Source: a virus
Taxonomy: Duplodnaviria > Heunggongvirae > Uroviricota > Caudoviricetes
Strand: one strand, 5' to 3'
DNA length: 37,278 bases
IMG/VR virus record: IMGVR_UViG_2872698443_000007
The position numbers were made by a program, and so were the translations under genes. Below, in pieces: positions 19,084 through 28,167 of this stretch. Below the pieces are notes generated by a model. The model ran no database searches. It saw only the letters and a program-made list of their open reading frames with translations, and was not told the origin of the DNA. The first letter of the stretch is position 1. Each line of letters begins with the position of its first letter.

Positions 19084-19525
19084 CTTTCACATAAACCCAG
19101 CGCGGCAACTGTCGGCACGCATCCGCCCAGCGCCGCTGGTTGAGTAATTTCACCAGCGTGGAACTGCAGGCATTGCCCGTTCCCACGTTGAAGGCAAACG
19201 ACACCACCGCGTCATACACCTTCTGCGGCGGCTGTTGCTTCACACACCTTTCCAGCGCCCGCTCCACACGCAGCACGTTGGAGATCAGCCCTTCCGCTGC
19301 CTGTCGTTCCGTAATGGTTTTGCCGGGAATGACGCCCGATGTATTACCAATGCCGTCGGTCCAGACACCCGCGCTGCACTGATACGGCTGCAGACGACAG
19401 CCTTCGTAATCGGCAATCAGTTTCAGCCCCTCCACGGAGGTGTGAAGCTGCTGAAAACCCGGCAGCGTGGCAGCAATAGCCAGCACGGTCCCGACAAGGC
19501 AGCGTTTAACGATTGATGGATTCAT
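19013..19525 (-). CDS. K: endolysin (lysozyme-like, gene K)
   Basis: 170 aa with N-terminal signal-anchor-like segment; position between holin and lysA. Confidence 0.75.
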   Translation of the reverse strand: MNPSIVKRCLVGTVLAIAATLPGFQQLHTSVEGLKLIADYEGCRLQPYQCSAGVWTDGIGNTSGVIPGKTITERQAAEGLISNVLRVERALERCVKQQPPQKVYDAVVSFAFNVGTGNACSSTLVKLLNQRRWADACRQLPRWVYVKGVFNQGLDNRRAREMAWCLQGAN

Positions 19526-19721
19526 AGTCCTCCCGCGAGATCTGCCCGTCGCGCAGAAGCTGGTAGGCTTTGTGTTTGTAGTACCAGTTGATAGCCAGCA
19601 TCAGCACACCAATCATCAGGCCGCCCAGCGTTGAGGCATCCTTGATGGACAAATCGCCCAGCCAGGCCAGCACGACGGCGATGCAATACGTGATAAAGGC
19701 GCTGATTCGCTCAAGCGTCAT
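19506..19721 (-). CDS. Y: holin
   Basis: 71 aa with two hydrophobic helices and a charged C-terminus, immediately upstream of the endolysin. Confidence 0.7.
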   Translation of the reverse strand: MTLERISAFITYCIAVVLAWLGDLSIKDASTLGGLMIGVLMLAINWYYKHKAYQLLRDGQISREDYESINR

Positions 19722-19724
19722 AAT

Positions 19725-19928
19725 TCAGTCCCATAGCTGGACGGTCTGCACGGTGGTGGTGGTCGGAATGTCCGGCAGCTCCACCTGCAGCCCGTGAGGT
19801 AAAAAGGGGCCGTATTCGGCAAGCCCCGGATTTGCCTTCAGTACCTGCTCCGTGACACCCTGCGTGCGCCCGTAATGACGCCAGCAAAGCGCGTCCACCG
19901 TGTCATACTGATGCGCACGCACTTTCAT
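19725..19928 (-). CDS. X: tail protein X
   Basis: 67 aa, MKVRAHQYDTVDALCWRHYGRTQGVTEQVLKANPGL... Confidence 0.75.
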   Translation of the reverse strand: MKVRAHQYDTVDALCWRHYGRTQGVTEQVLKANPGLAEYGPFLPHGLQVELPDIPTTTTVQTVQLWD

Positions 19929-20455
19929 CAGATAAGCTCCACTGTGCAGTGCGGCGCATCCTGCACCCGGCTGATGGCCCAGCGGGCGTCACGCCACAAA
20001 TCACCGCTTGCTTCCGCCAGTTCCTCGCCCCGCTTCACACCGGACGCCGTGGCGTCATAGTCCTGGTAACGTTCGTTGAGCATGGCGCGTGCCCAGCAGT
20101 AAACCGCGTTGAAATAGTGCTGAATGCGCTCACTTTTGCCGTCCAGCTGTTCCGCCGGAACCTCTGCCAGCGAGGCATACCCCAGCATCTGCTGGCGTCT
20201 GCGAAACTCATACAGCTCTGCGTTGACCTCCGAAATTGCCGACAGCGCAACCTGCTTTAAACGCGGCTGCGTCACCGTGCCGTCAGTGCGCATCACGCTG
20301 CGAAACTCCGACAGGTCCACATCAGGCCAGAACGGCGTATTCCTGATGATTTCCGCCTGTTCCGGTGCCTGTTCTGGCGCAACAAACTTCATGCTGCTTT
20401 CTCCTGAAATAGAGGGCGGTGGACGGGGTTTTGATGTGGCAGTGCCTTTCGCCAC
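19928..20455 (-). CDS. L: head completion/stabilisation protein L
   Basis: 175-aa ORF; start may be the internal Met (MKFVAPEQ...). Confidence 0.7.
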   Translation of the reverse strand: MAKGTATSKPRPPPSISGESSMKFVAPEQAPEQAEIIRNTPFWPDVDLSEFRSVMRTDGTVTQPRLKQVALSAISEVNAELYEFRRRQQMLGYASLAEVPAEQLDGKSERIQHYFNAVYCWARAMLNERYQDYDATASGVKRGEELAEASGDLWRDARWAISRVQDAPHCTVELI

Positions 20456-20487
20456 CCCGTGCCGCCCGTGCGCGGGGGCACGTTCTG

Positions 20488-21138
20488 TCAGCGGCTGTCA
20501 TTGCGCAGTCTGCGCTCCAGCTGCTGTTTGTCTTTTTTCACGCCACAGCGGGGATCGAGCTGTAACGCATGGTTGAGATGATTAAGGGCGGAAGCCGGGT
20601 TGCTTTCACTCAGGACAGCGCCAATCGCTTTATGCAGACGCGCCCGTGACTGGTCCGGCATATCCAGACCGTCTGTCAGCTCCAGCGTCTGCAGCAACAG
20701 ATCGGCATCAAAGCCGGTGGCGGCAAGCATTGCGCTCTGCGCCGCGTCTGCCATTTCCTCTGCCAGCACGGTCTGCACGTTGCGGTTACCCAGCGGCATC
20801 ACCCAGCCATGACGCAGGGCATGACGCCCGATCTCCAGCGCCCCGGCATAATCTCCGGCATCAATGCGCCACAGCATCACGTACATCAGCACGTCATCCT
20901 GTTGAGCGCCTCCGGCAGCCAGGACGCCCTCCGCCCAGGCGGCATATTTCGGCAGCAGCTCCACCTTGATTTCCGCTTTTTTGACCGTGGACTGAACACC
21001 CTTGAGACGGCGGCGGTCTTCCGCCAGTTGCAGCAGCATCAGGTCATAGCCCGACGCGTGGCGAACACTGCCGCCCTCGCGGGCGGCCTGTTCAGCCTGA
21101 ACGCGCAGGCGATGCTGCCGTGCGGGACTCAGGCTCAT
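20488..21138 (-). CDS. M: terminase small (endonuclease) subunit M
   Basis: 216 aa; follows capsid gene N. Confidence 0.7.
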   Translation of the reverse strand: MSLSPARQHRLRVQAEQAAREGGSVRHASGYDLMLLQLAEDRRRLKGVQSTVKKAEIKVELLPKYAAWAEGVLAAGGAQQDDVLMYVMLWRIDAGDYAGALEIGRHALRHGWVMPLGNRNVQTVLAEEMADAAQSAMLAATGFDADLLLQTLELTDGLDMPDQSRARLHKAIGAVLSESNPASALNHLNHALQLDPRCGVKKDKQQLERRLRNDSR

Positions 21139-21141
21139 GAA

Positions 21142-22200
21142 TTACGCTCCGGTTTCTGCTGCAGCGGCGCTGAAATCGCCAATCTGGATGTTTTCCACCA
21201 GTGCGGCGCAGCGGTAGTCCTCAACCACATAGGCTTCGTTAACGGATTCAAAATTTTCAATCCGGTCACGTTTCGGGTTGTCGATAACTGAACGGCGACG
21301 GGTGTCTTCCTGCCAGTAGATGGACAGGTTATCCAGACGGGTGATCAGCAGTGCATTCGGCGGGAAGAATGGCGCACGCACGGCCTGCAGGCCCCCCATG
21401 CGCTTCTGACTGATGATCATATCGGCAGCCAGTTTTTCACTGTTTTCCTGCTCTTTGTTGACCAGCGGGAAATACTTGTCAGACAGCAGTTCACGCCCGC
21501 AAATCACCACCAGATCGTCATCGTCCTGGTAGACCACGTCGATAAGCTCATTGACGGCATCCATCACCACGGCGTCCAGGTTGGCATATTCGCCACCTTT
21601 CCCGACTTTCACCGCACCCGGTGTGGTTTCACCGCCCGTGGTGGTGCTGCCCATGACGTGATCCGGTGCATCCTCACGGATTTTCTGCAGCCAGCCTTTG
21701 TTCACATCCTGCAGCAGCGGGTTTTCGCTACGGTTGGAGGTTTTCGCACGCTTCACGCCGTTAAAGCCGATCATTATGCGGTCCAGTGCCTGACGTTTCA
21801 CGATGGCGTCACGGATACGCACCTGGAAATCCTGAAACTTCGCCCACAGGTCCAGCTTCGCGTAGGTCAGCACCGTGTCAAAGTTGGTCTGCTCGCATTT
21901 ATATTCCACATCGACCATCAGCGTCGCATCGACAGGCTCACGCTCTTTCGCGGAGGTATCAGTGGTTCCGGCAATGGTGCTGCCAACCCCCAATCCAAGC
22001 AACTGACCGGACTGTTCAGTCACCGGGGTGACATTAATCAGCGTCAGGAAAGCGGCGGACTGCTGGATCTGGTCTTCCAGCGTCTGCTGTACAGACGGCT
22101 CTACGGTGAATTTGCTGGACAGTTCTTCAACTGCCACACCGTTCAGACGCGCCAGCTGCTGCAGGTAAGCGTTAAAAGCAAAGCGGGTATTCTTCTTCAT
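21142..22200 (-). CDS. N: major capsid protein N
   Basis: 352 aa, MKKNTRFAFNAYLQQLARLNGVAVEELSSKF... Confidence 0.8.
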   Translation of the reverse strand: MKKNTRFAFNAYLQQLARLNGVAVEELSSKFTVEPSVQQTLEDQIQQSAAFLTLINVTPVTEQSGQLLGLGVGSTIAGTTDTSAKEREPVDATLMVDVEYKCEQTNFDTVLTYAKLDLWAKFQDFQVRIRDAIVKRQALDRIMIGFNGVKRAKTSNRSENPLLQDVNKGWLQKIREDAPDHVMGSTTTGGETTPGAVKVGKGGEYANLDAVVMDAVNELIDVVYQDDDDLVVICGRELLSDKYFPLVNKEQENSEKLAADMIISQKRMGGLQAVRAPFFPPNALLITRLDNLSIYWQEDTRRRSVIDNPKRDRIENFESVNEAYVVEDYRCAALVENIQIGDFSAAAAETGA

Positions 22201-22216
22201 CAGGTTTTGTGCTCCA

Positions 22217-23050
22217 TCAGCAATTGGTCAGAGTGTCAGCGGGGGCGTTACCGCCTGTTGCACGCTGGCGGTAGTCCTGGCGGCTGTCTTCATGGCTCAG
22301 CTTGTCCACCAGTTCGTTAAAGGCGGTCAGCTGTGCCTGCAGGGCTGTCTCCAGCTCAGACAGGCGTTCTTCCTGCTCAGACAGGGATTTTTCGGTGCGT
22401 GCGCTCAGGTTCTGCTGCTCAGTGGCGACCAGCTCCACGGCCTTATACACATCAGAGAACCGGGCGTCATCGGACTGCTCTTTTTTGGTAAACAGCGCCG
22501 TGACACGGGCAAACAGGGACGGTTTGTCGTCCTGGATTTCTTCCAGTTCGATCACCGTTTCCTCTGCAGCGGTAAAGAGATTGGCAGGATTCTGCTTGCG
22601 GTTTGCCAGTGGGTTATGGGCTGCACTGGCGCTGAATGTCAGCATTTCAGTGCCCAGACTGGCAGGGTCATCAGTGGCAGCCAGGCCGACCAGGTAGGCT
22701 TTGCCCGTATCAGCAAACTTCGGGCTGACTTCCATAGAGGTGAATAATTTCTGGCCTTTTTTCACCAGTTCCACCAGGGATTCCGTTGGCTCAACGTCGG
22801 CATACAGCGCCATCTTGCCTGCCAACGGACCTTCCGTGATTTCTTCAGCAAACAGCGCCGTCACCTTGCCGTAGCGGTTAAAGGTGCTGTCCGGCAGATA
22901 AGACTTGATGTGCTCAAGGTTAATCAGCGCGGTATACACCGCCGGGTTGTAGCTGGCTGCCATCTGTTCCAGCCATTCGCGCTGGATTTCACGTCCGTCG
23001 GTAGTGGCACCTTCCACCCCGATGCGAAAACGCTTTGCTTTCACTGTCAT
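22217..23050 (-). CDS. O: capsid scaffolding protein O
   Basis: 277 aa, acidic with coiled-coil C-terminus; first gene of O-N-M-L. Confidence 0.75.
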   Translation of the reverse strand: MTVKAKRFRIGVEGATTDGREIQREWLEQMAASYNPAVYTALINLEHIKSYLPDSTFNRYGKVTALFAEEITEGPLAGKMALYADVEPTESLVELVKKGQKLFTSMEVSPKFADTGKAYLVGLAATDDPASLGTEMLTFSASAAHNPLANRKQNPANLFTAAEETVIELEEIQDDKPSLFARVTALFTKKEQSDDARFSDVYKAVELVATEQQNLSARTEKSLSEQEERLSELETALQAQLTAFNELVDKLSHEDSRQDYRQRATGGNAPADTLTNC

Positions 23051-23128
23051 GAGCCGTGCTCCGTTAGAAAAAACTTACTGGAGCCTTATGGTTGCGGTGA
23101 TGAGGGCAGTGAAACAATGCGCGGTATT

Positions 23129-23146
23129 TGTACCGACAACCACACA
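23129..23146 (+). promoter_or_regulatory. Ogr-type late promoter element (TGT-N12-ACA) in the divergent O/P control region
   Basis: TGTACCGACAACCACACA, centred ~55 bp upstream of the P start codon, the same geometry as the V site. Confidence 0.5.
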
Positions 23147-23192
23147 AACCGCAGGCGGGGAAAGCCTTCATTCAAGACTGTAGGTTTGTGCC

Positions 23193-24959
23193 ATGAACAC
23201 CACACTGACACCCGCAGATCTCGATCCCCGTCGGCAGGCCATGCTGCTGTACTTTCAGGGATACCGCGTAGCCCGCATTGCTGAAATGCTGGGCGAGAAA
23301 GTTGCAACCGTTCACAGCTGGAAAAAACGCGACAAGTGGGGTGACTATGGGCCACTGGATCAGATGCAGCTCACCACCGCCGCACGCTACTGCCAGCTCA
23401 TTATGAAGGAGCACAAAGAAGGGAAAGATTTCAAAGAGATTGACCTGCTGGCGCGCCAGTCTGAGCGCCACGCGCGGATCGGCAAGTTTAACAATGGCGG
23501 CAACGAAGCCGACTTAAACCCTAACGTCGCCAACCGCAACAAAGGCCCGCGCCGTCAGCCGGAAAAAAATGTCTTCACCGATGAACAGATTGAGAAGCTG
23601 GAAGAAATCTTCCATTCCTCCATGTTCAACTACCAGCGCCACTGGTGGGAAGCCGGAAAAACCAACCGCATCCGCAACCTGCTGAAGTCACGCCAGATCG
23701 GCGCGACCTTTTACTTTGCCCGTGAAGCCCTGATTGACGCTCTGCTTACCGGACGTAACCAGATTTTCCTTTCCGCCAGCAAGGCACAGGCCCACGTCTT
23801 TAAGCAGTACATCATCGACTTCGCCAAAGAAGTGGAAGTGGAGCTGAAAGGCGATCCGATGGTGCTTCCCAACGGGGCCACACTGTATTTCCTCGGCACC
23901 AATGCCCGCACGGCCCAGAGTTACCACGGCAACCTGTATCTGGATGAATATTTCTGGATACCGAAATTCCAGGAGCTGCGCAAAGTGGCTTCCGGTATGG
24001 CTATTCACAAAAAATGGCGACAAACCTATTTTTCCACGCCATCCAGCCTGACACACAGTGCTTATCCGTTCTGGTCCGGTGCGCTATTCAACCGTGGGCG
24101 CAATAAAGCCGACAAGGTGGACATAGACCTGTCCCACAGCAATCTGGCTCCAGGCCTGCTGTGTGCAGACGGGCAATACCGCCAGATAGTCACCGTGGAA
24201 GATGCGGTGCGCGGCGGCTGTAACCTGTTCGACCTTGACCAGTTGCGCATGGAATACAGCCCGGACGAATACCAGAACCTGCTGATGTGTGAATTCGTGG
24301 ACGATCTCGCGTCCGTGTTCCCGCTCAGCGAGCTGCAGGCGTGCATGGTGGACAGCTGGGAAGTCTGGACCGACTTTCATGCACTGGCCCTGCGCCCGTT
24401 TGGCTGGCGCGAAGTGTGGATCGGTTATGACCCGGCAAAAGGTACGCAAAACGGCGACAGCGCCGGGTGCGTGGTGGTGGCTCCGCCAGCCGTGCCGGGC
24501 GGTAAGTTCCGCATTCTTGAGCGTCACCAGTGGCGCGGGATGGACTTCCGTGCCCAGGCGGACGCCATCAAAAAACTGACTGAACAGTACAACGTGACCT
24601 ATATCGGTATCGACTCGACAGGTGTCGGTCACGGGGTTTATGAGAACGTAAAAGCGTTCTTTCCTGCCGTCCGGGAGTTTGTCTACAACCCCAACGTTAA
24701 AAACGCCCTGGTACTCAAGGCCTACGACATTATCAGCCACCGCCGTCTGGAGTTTGACGCCGGACACACCGACATTGCGCAGTCATTCATGGCAATCCGT
24801 CGCGCAACCACCGCCAGTGGCAACCGCCCGACCTATGAAGCCAGCCGCAGCGAAGAAGCCAGCCACGCCGATCTGGCCTGGGCAACGATGCACGCACTGT
24901 TTAACGAACCGCTGCAGGGCGAGTCCGCCAATACCAGCAATATTGTGGAGATTTTTTGA
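23193..24959 (+). CDS. P: terminase large (ATPase) subunit P
   Basis: 588 aa; divergent from O; followed by the portal gene. Confidence 0.8.
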   Translation: MNTTLTPADLDPRRQAMLLYFQGYRVARIAEMLGEKVATVHSWKKRDKWGDYGPLDQMQLTTAARYCQLIMKEHKEGKDFKEIDLLARQSERHARIGKFNNGGNEADLNPNVANRNKGPRRQPEKNVFTDEQIEKLEEIFHSSMFNYQRHWWEAGKTNRIRNLLKSRQIGATFYFAREALIDALLTGRNQIFLSASKAQAHVFKQYIIDFAKEVEVELKGDPMVLPNGATLYFLGTNARTAQSYHGNLYLDEYFWIPKFQELRKVASGMAIHKKWRQTYFSTPSSLTHSAYPFWSGALFNRGRNKADKVDIDLSHSNLAPGLLCADGQYRQIVTVEDAVRGGCNLFDLDQLRMEYSPDEYQNLLMCEFVDDLASVFPLSELQACMVDSWEVWTDFHALALRPFGWREVWIGYDPAKGTQNGDSAGCVVVAPPAVPGGKFRILERHQWRGMDFRAQADAIKKLTEQYNVTYIGIDSTGVGHGVYENVKAFFPAVREFVYNPNVKNALVLKAYDIISHRRLEFDAGHTDIAQSFMAIRRATTASGNRPTYEASRSEEASHADLAWATMHALFNEPLQGESANTSNIVEIF

Positions 24960-25990
24960 TGGGAAAGAGTAAGAAAAACCGCACTGCGGCGACGAATCAG
25001 ATCCAGCATAAAAACCAAACTTCAGCCGAAGCATTCAGCTTCGGCGATCCCGTTCCTGTTCTGGACCGCCGAGAATTACTGGACTATGTGGAATGCGTAC
25101 AGATGGACCGTTGGTATGAGCCGCCCGTCAGCTTTGACGGACTGGCGCGCACCTTCCGCGCTGCCGTGCATCACAGTTCCCCGATTGCAGTAAAGTGCAA
25201 CATTCTGACCAGTACCTATATCCCTCATCCTTTGCTCAGCCAGCAGGCTTTTTCGCGTTTTGTGCAGGACTATCTGGTATTTGGCAACGCCTATCTGGAG
25301 AAACGCACGAACCGCTTCGGTGAAGTGATCGCCCTTGAACCTGCGCTGGCAAAATACACCCGACGCGGATTAGACCTGGATACCTACTGGTTTGTGCAAT
25401 ACGGTATGACAACCCAGCCGTATCAGTTCACGAAAGGCAGCATTTTTCATCTGATGGAACCGGATATTAATCAGGAGATCTACGGTCTGCCCGGCTATCT
25501 TTCTGCCATTCCGTCAGCCCTGCTCAACGAGTCCGCCACGCTGTTCCGTCGCAAGTATTACATTAACGGCAGTCATGCGGGCTTTATCATGTACATGACC
25601 GATGCCGCGCAAAACCAGGAGGATGTGAACAACCTCCGCAATGCGATGAAAAGCGCCAAAGGTCCAGGCAACTTCCGCAACCTGTTTATGTACTCGCCTA
25701 ACGGCAAAAAGGACGGGCTTCAGATCATCCCATTGTCAGAAGTCGCGGCGAAGGATGAATTTCTTAATATCAAGAACGTGAGTCGGGATGACATGATGGC
25801 AGCGCACCGCGTGCCGCCTCAGATGATGGGGATTATGCCTAATAATGTTGGGGGGTTTGGGGATGTGGAGAAGGCTAGTCGTGTTTTTGTTCGGAACGAG
25901 CTGATGCCTCTACAAAAAAGATTCCAAGAAGTAAATGAATACTTTGACGGGAACATAATCAGCTTTGAAGAATACAAACTGACCATCTAA
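24956..25990 (+). CDS. Q: portal protein Q
   Basis: 344 aa (same length as P2 Q as I recall); ATGA overlap with P. Confidence 0.8.
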   Translation: MMGKSKKNRTAATNQIQHKNQTSAEAFSFGDPVPVLDRRELLDYVECVQMDRWYEPPVSFDGLARTFRAAVHHSSPIAVKCNILTSTYIPHPLLSQQAFSRFVQDYLVFGNAYLEKRTNRFGEVIALEPALAKYTRRGLDLDTYWFVQYGMTTQPYQFTKGSIFHLMEPDINQEIYGLPGYLSAIPSALLNESATLFRRKYYINGSHAGFIMYMTDAAQNQEDVNNLRNAMKSAKGPGNFRNLFMYSPNGKKDGLQIIPLSEVAAKDEFLNIKNVSRDDMMAAHRVPPQMMGIMPNNVGGFGDVEKASRVFVRNELMPLQKRFQEVNEYFDGNIISFEEYKLTI

Positions 25991-26000
25991 AATAAATAAC

Positions 26001-26024
26001 AAAAAAGAGGGTTCCCCCTCTTTT
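26001..26024. terminator. bidirectional rho-independent terminator between Q and the cargo gene
   Basis: AAAAAA-GAGGG-TTCC-CCCTC-TTTT: hairpin flanked by A-run and T-run. Confidence 0.6.
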
Positions 26025-26029
26025 ATATA

Positions 26030-27796
26030 TTAATTATTATCGTATAACTCCTGAATTTTTGCTGGATTAGCAAAAAACCTTGCAGGATAAGCATTTGGAT
26101 AATTATCTTCGATATAATTTTCTGTCCTAGCTATTAATGCTGCTAAATTAGCAGTGATTTGTGCTGAATCAGGAGCAAGCTGAATGGTACTATTCTGTAA
26201 ATCTGACACCATATTCAACAGCACTGAAGCATAATATCTATTACCATGAGTTATTATTAAATGACGGCGACTATGCGTTGATTTATCTGTAGCTGCTAAA
26301 GTTGAGCTAATAGCACGTTCTATCACACGAAAATGGTTAACAGCATTTATTAACTTGATACCACTTAATCGCGGATTGAAAATTGTTCTATATAATGACC
26401 CTTCAAAATTTTCAAAAAACCTACCACGATTAGATTTTAAAGTTGCAACTATAGTATTATTTTTACTTAAGCAAGCTAGAGCATTCAAAGCCTCATCGAG
26501 ATCAATTACCTTGGCGTTAGACTGTAAATAATCCTCATCGGTTCGCAATAATTGGTATTGATACCCTTCAAGCACAAGCTCTCTCGCCAGTCTATGCTGA
26601 TCGGGTTGTTGTGAAGCAAAATCTCTTCCTAAAACTCTATTCTGGAAATTATTAGCTCTGGTTATTGCATTGGCATTGAGATCATTTACATCATTATTAA
26701 TTTCAATAAAACGAACAGGGACTTTAACTTGATAAATTCTATCGCCTAGCACATCCATAACACTGCCTAAACTACTCACAGTTTGCGCGCCGTTGATCAC
26801 ACTCACATCTTTAAAATCGAAAACCCCTCTTTCAGTGCCTGCAGCTGCGTTTCTTCTGTGAGGAATTAACTCGTTCACTAGTAACGTAATACCGTTATTG
26901 TAAAACCAAAACATTTCTGGATTATCAATTGCAGTTTTTTTTATTTCTTCGTTAACATCTGTCTTACCAAGCATATTTCTTATGTTTTTCGTAAAAAGGC
27001 GGGTTCCATATTGTTTCCACCAATTCCCAACCTGGTCCCCAGCTAAAGTTCCATAAAATGCTCTGTAAGGTTCATTAATAAACCCATAGCGTTCAACTTC
27101 TACGCCATCCAAATCAATTTGACCTCTTGAGCCAGTCTGCAACCAATGGACTAAATCCTCTGATGAAATCAAATGAACTTGAAACCCCCATTCTTCTTTC
27201 GGTGATTCTGTCGGGGTAAACGACGCTTCATTTAATTCACGTTGCCACTCTTGCATATCACGTAAAATATCTTCTGAGGCACCTTTTTTCCCTGTGTGAG
27301 TCATAGCGAAGATAAATTTATAATCAAATGAATTAAGAGCTGCGCTTATATCTGAACTCTTATCTTGAAGAATCTGGTCAAAAAGTTCATATCGTTCATT
27401 CTGAAGTTTTTCACAAGCATCCTTGAAGCACACAAAATCAGGTCTGCTCCAAGTACCATTTCCAGCCTGATTAAATTTGGACTGAACAACTACAACAATT
27501 TTTTCACTATGATTTATGACTATGCCATCAATGCCTCCATCCTCAGAACTGTCGCATACAGACTCACCTGCATGCTTTTCATCAACACCACCAAGTTGAT
27601 ACATCGTAAACGCCGCCAGAGCCCTACTTGCCATTTTAATATTGTAATCTTGTTGACTGGGTTGGCACTCTCGCTTATGAACATAGTCTTCAAACCTTTC
27701 TCTCAAAACACTACCAAGCCTTAGAGCTATAACTTGCGCCGTCGCCGCTGCAGCTACAGCGTTATCCTCAACTCGGAGATCTACAACGAATGCCAT
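26030..27796 (-). CDS. cargo protein with N-terminal Mrr-type PD-(D/E)xK nuclease signature; function unknown, candidate defence effector
   Basis: ~588 aa from the first ATG at 27796 (AAGGA ribosome-binding site 8 nt upstream); the ORF track extends to a TTG at 27823. Motif ...EDGGIDGIVINHSEKIVVVVQSKF... fits the restriction-endonuclease D-x(n)-Q/E-x-K pattern. No Walker A motif. AT-rich relative to flanking phage genes. Confidence 0.6.
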   Translation of the reverse strand: MAFVVDLRVEDNAVAAAATAQVIALRLGSVLRERFEDYVHKRECQPSQQDYNIKMASRALAAFTMYQLGGVDEKHAGESVCDSSEDGGIDGIVINHSEKIVVVVQSKFNQAGNGTWSRPDFVCFKDACEKLQNERYELFDQILQDKSSDISAALNSFDYKFIFAMTHTGKKGASEDILRDMQEWQRELNEASFTPTESPKEEWGFQVHLISSEDLVHWLQTGSRGQIDLDGVEVERYGFINEPYRAFYGTLAGDQVGNWWKQYGTRLFTKNIRNMLGKTDVNEEIKKTAIDNPEMFWFYNNGITLLVNELIPHRRNAAAGTERGVFDFKDVSVINGAQTVSSLGSVMDVLGDRIYQVKVPVRFIEINNDVNDLNANAITRANNFQNRVLGRDFASQQPDQHRLARELVLEGYQYQLLRTDEDYLQSNAKVIDLDEALNALACLSKNNTIVATLKSNRGRFFENFEGSLYRTIFNPRLSGIKLINAVNHFRVIERAISSTLAATDKSTHSRRHLIITHGNRYYASVLLNMVSDLQNSTIQLAPDSAQITANLAALIARTENYIEDNYPNAYPARFFANPAKIQELYDNN

Positions 27797-27976
27797 TAAT
27801 TTTTCCTTATAGAATATGTACAACGTTAGCAGTGATTAAAAGGTTACTCGTTAAGCGGAAATTGTACTACAACATTCTACTAAATATGGATATATCAATG
27901 AGTAAGAACTCATCTTTGCTAACTCACATACATTGTTAAAAATACTTAGCTTCGCTGTTCACCCCGTCGCCGCGCG

Positions 27977-27995
27977 CTCGTATCCCCGCCACGCC
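27977..27995 (-). other. putative cos site (cohesive end)
   Basis: Minus strand reads GGCGTGGCGGGGATACGAG. The first 13 nt match my recollection of the 186 cohesive end GGCGTGGCGGGGAAAGCAT (P2: GGCGAGGCGGGGAAAGCAC); overall 14 of 19 vs 186. Orientation points toward Q, as in P2. Confidence 0.5.
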
Positions 27996-28042
27996 TGCCC
28001 GCTTTATGTAGTGGTTTTCATGCGCCTGCATGACATAAGCAA

Positions 28043-28066
28043 AGGCCCGCCATTCCTAGCGGGCCT
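28043..28066 (-). terminator. hairpin downstream of the 290-aa cargo gene (possible terminator)
   Basis: Perfect 8-bp stem AGGCCCGC / GCGGGCCT with an 8-nt loop, ~100 bp past the gene stop; the following T-run is weak. Confidence 0.35.
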
Positions 28067-28167
28067 CAGCTAAAACGATCCTCAAACGATCATGCGGATT
28101 CATGCGGCATAGTCATGCACTTGTGTGGTTACGAAGGAATATAGTTGCGAAAATCGATTAAAATGCC

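Noticed and set aside
26030-27823. Possibility that the 590-aa cargo protein is a homologue of P2 Old, which is of similar size
   Set aside because: Old is an ATPase-nuclease with a Walker A motif; I found no GxxxxGK[ST] in this protein, and the only clear signature is an N-terminal Mrr-like PD-(D/E)xK motif.
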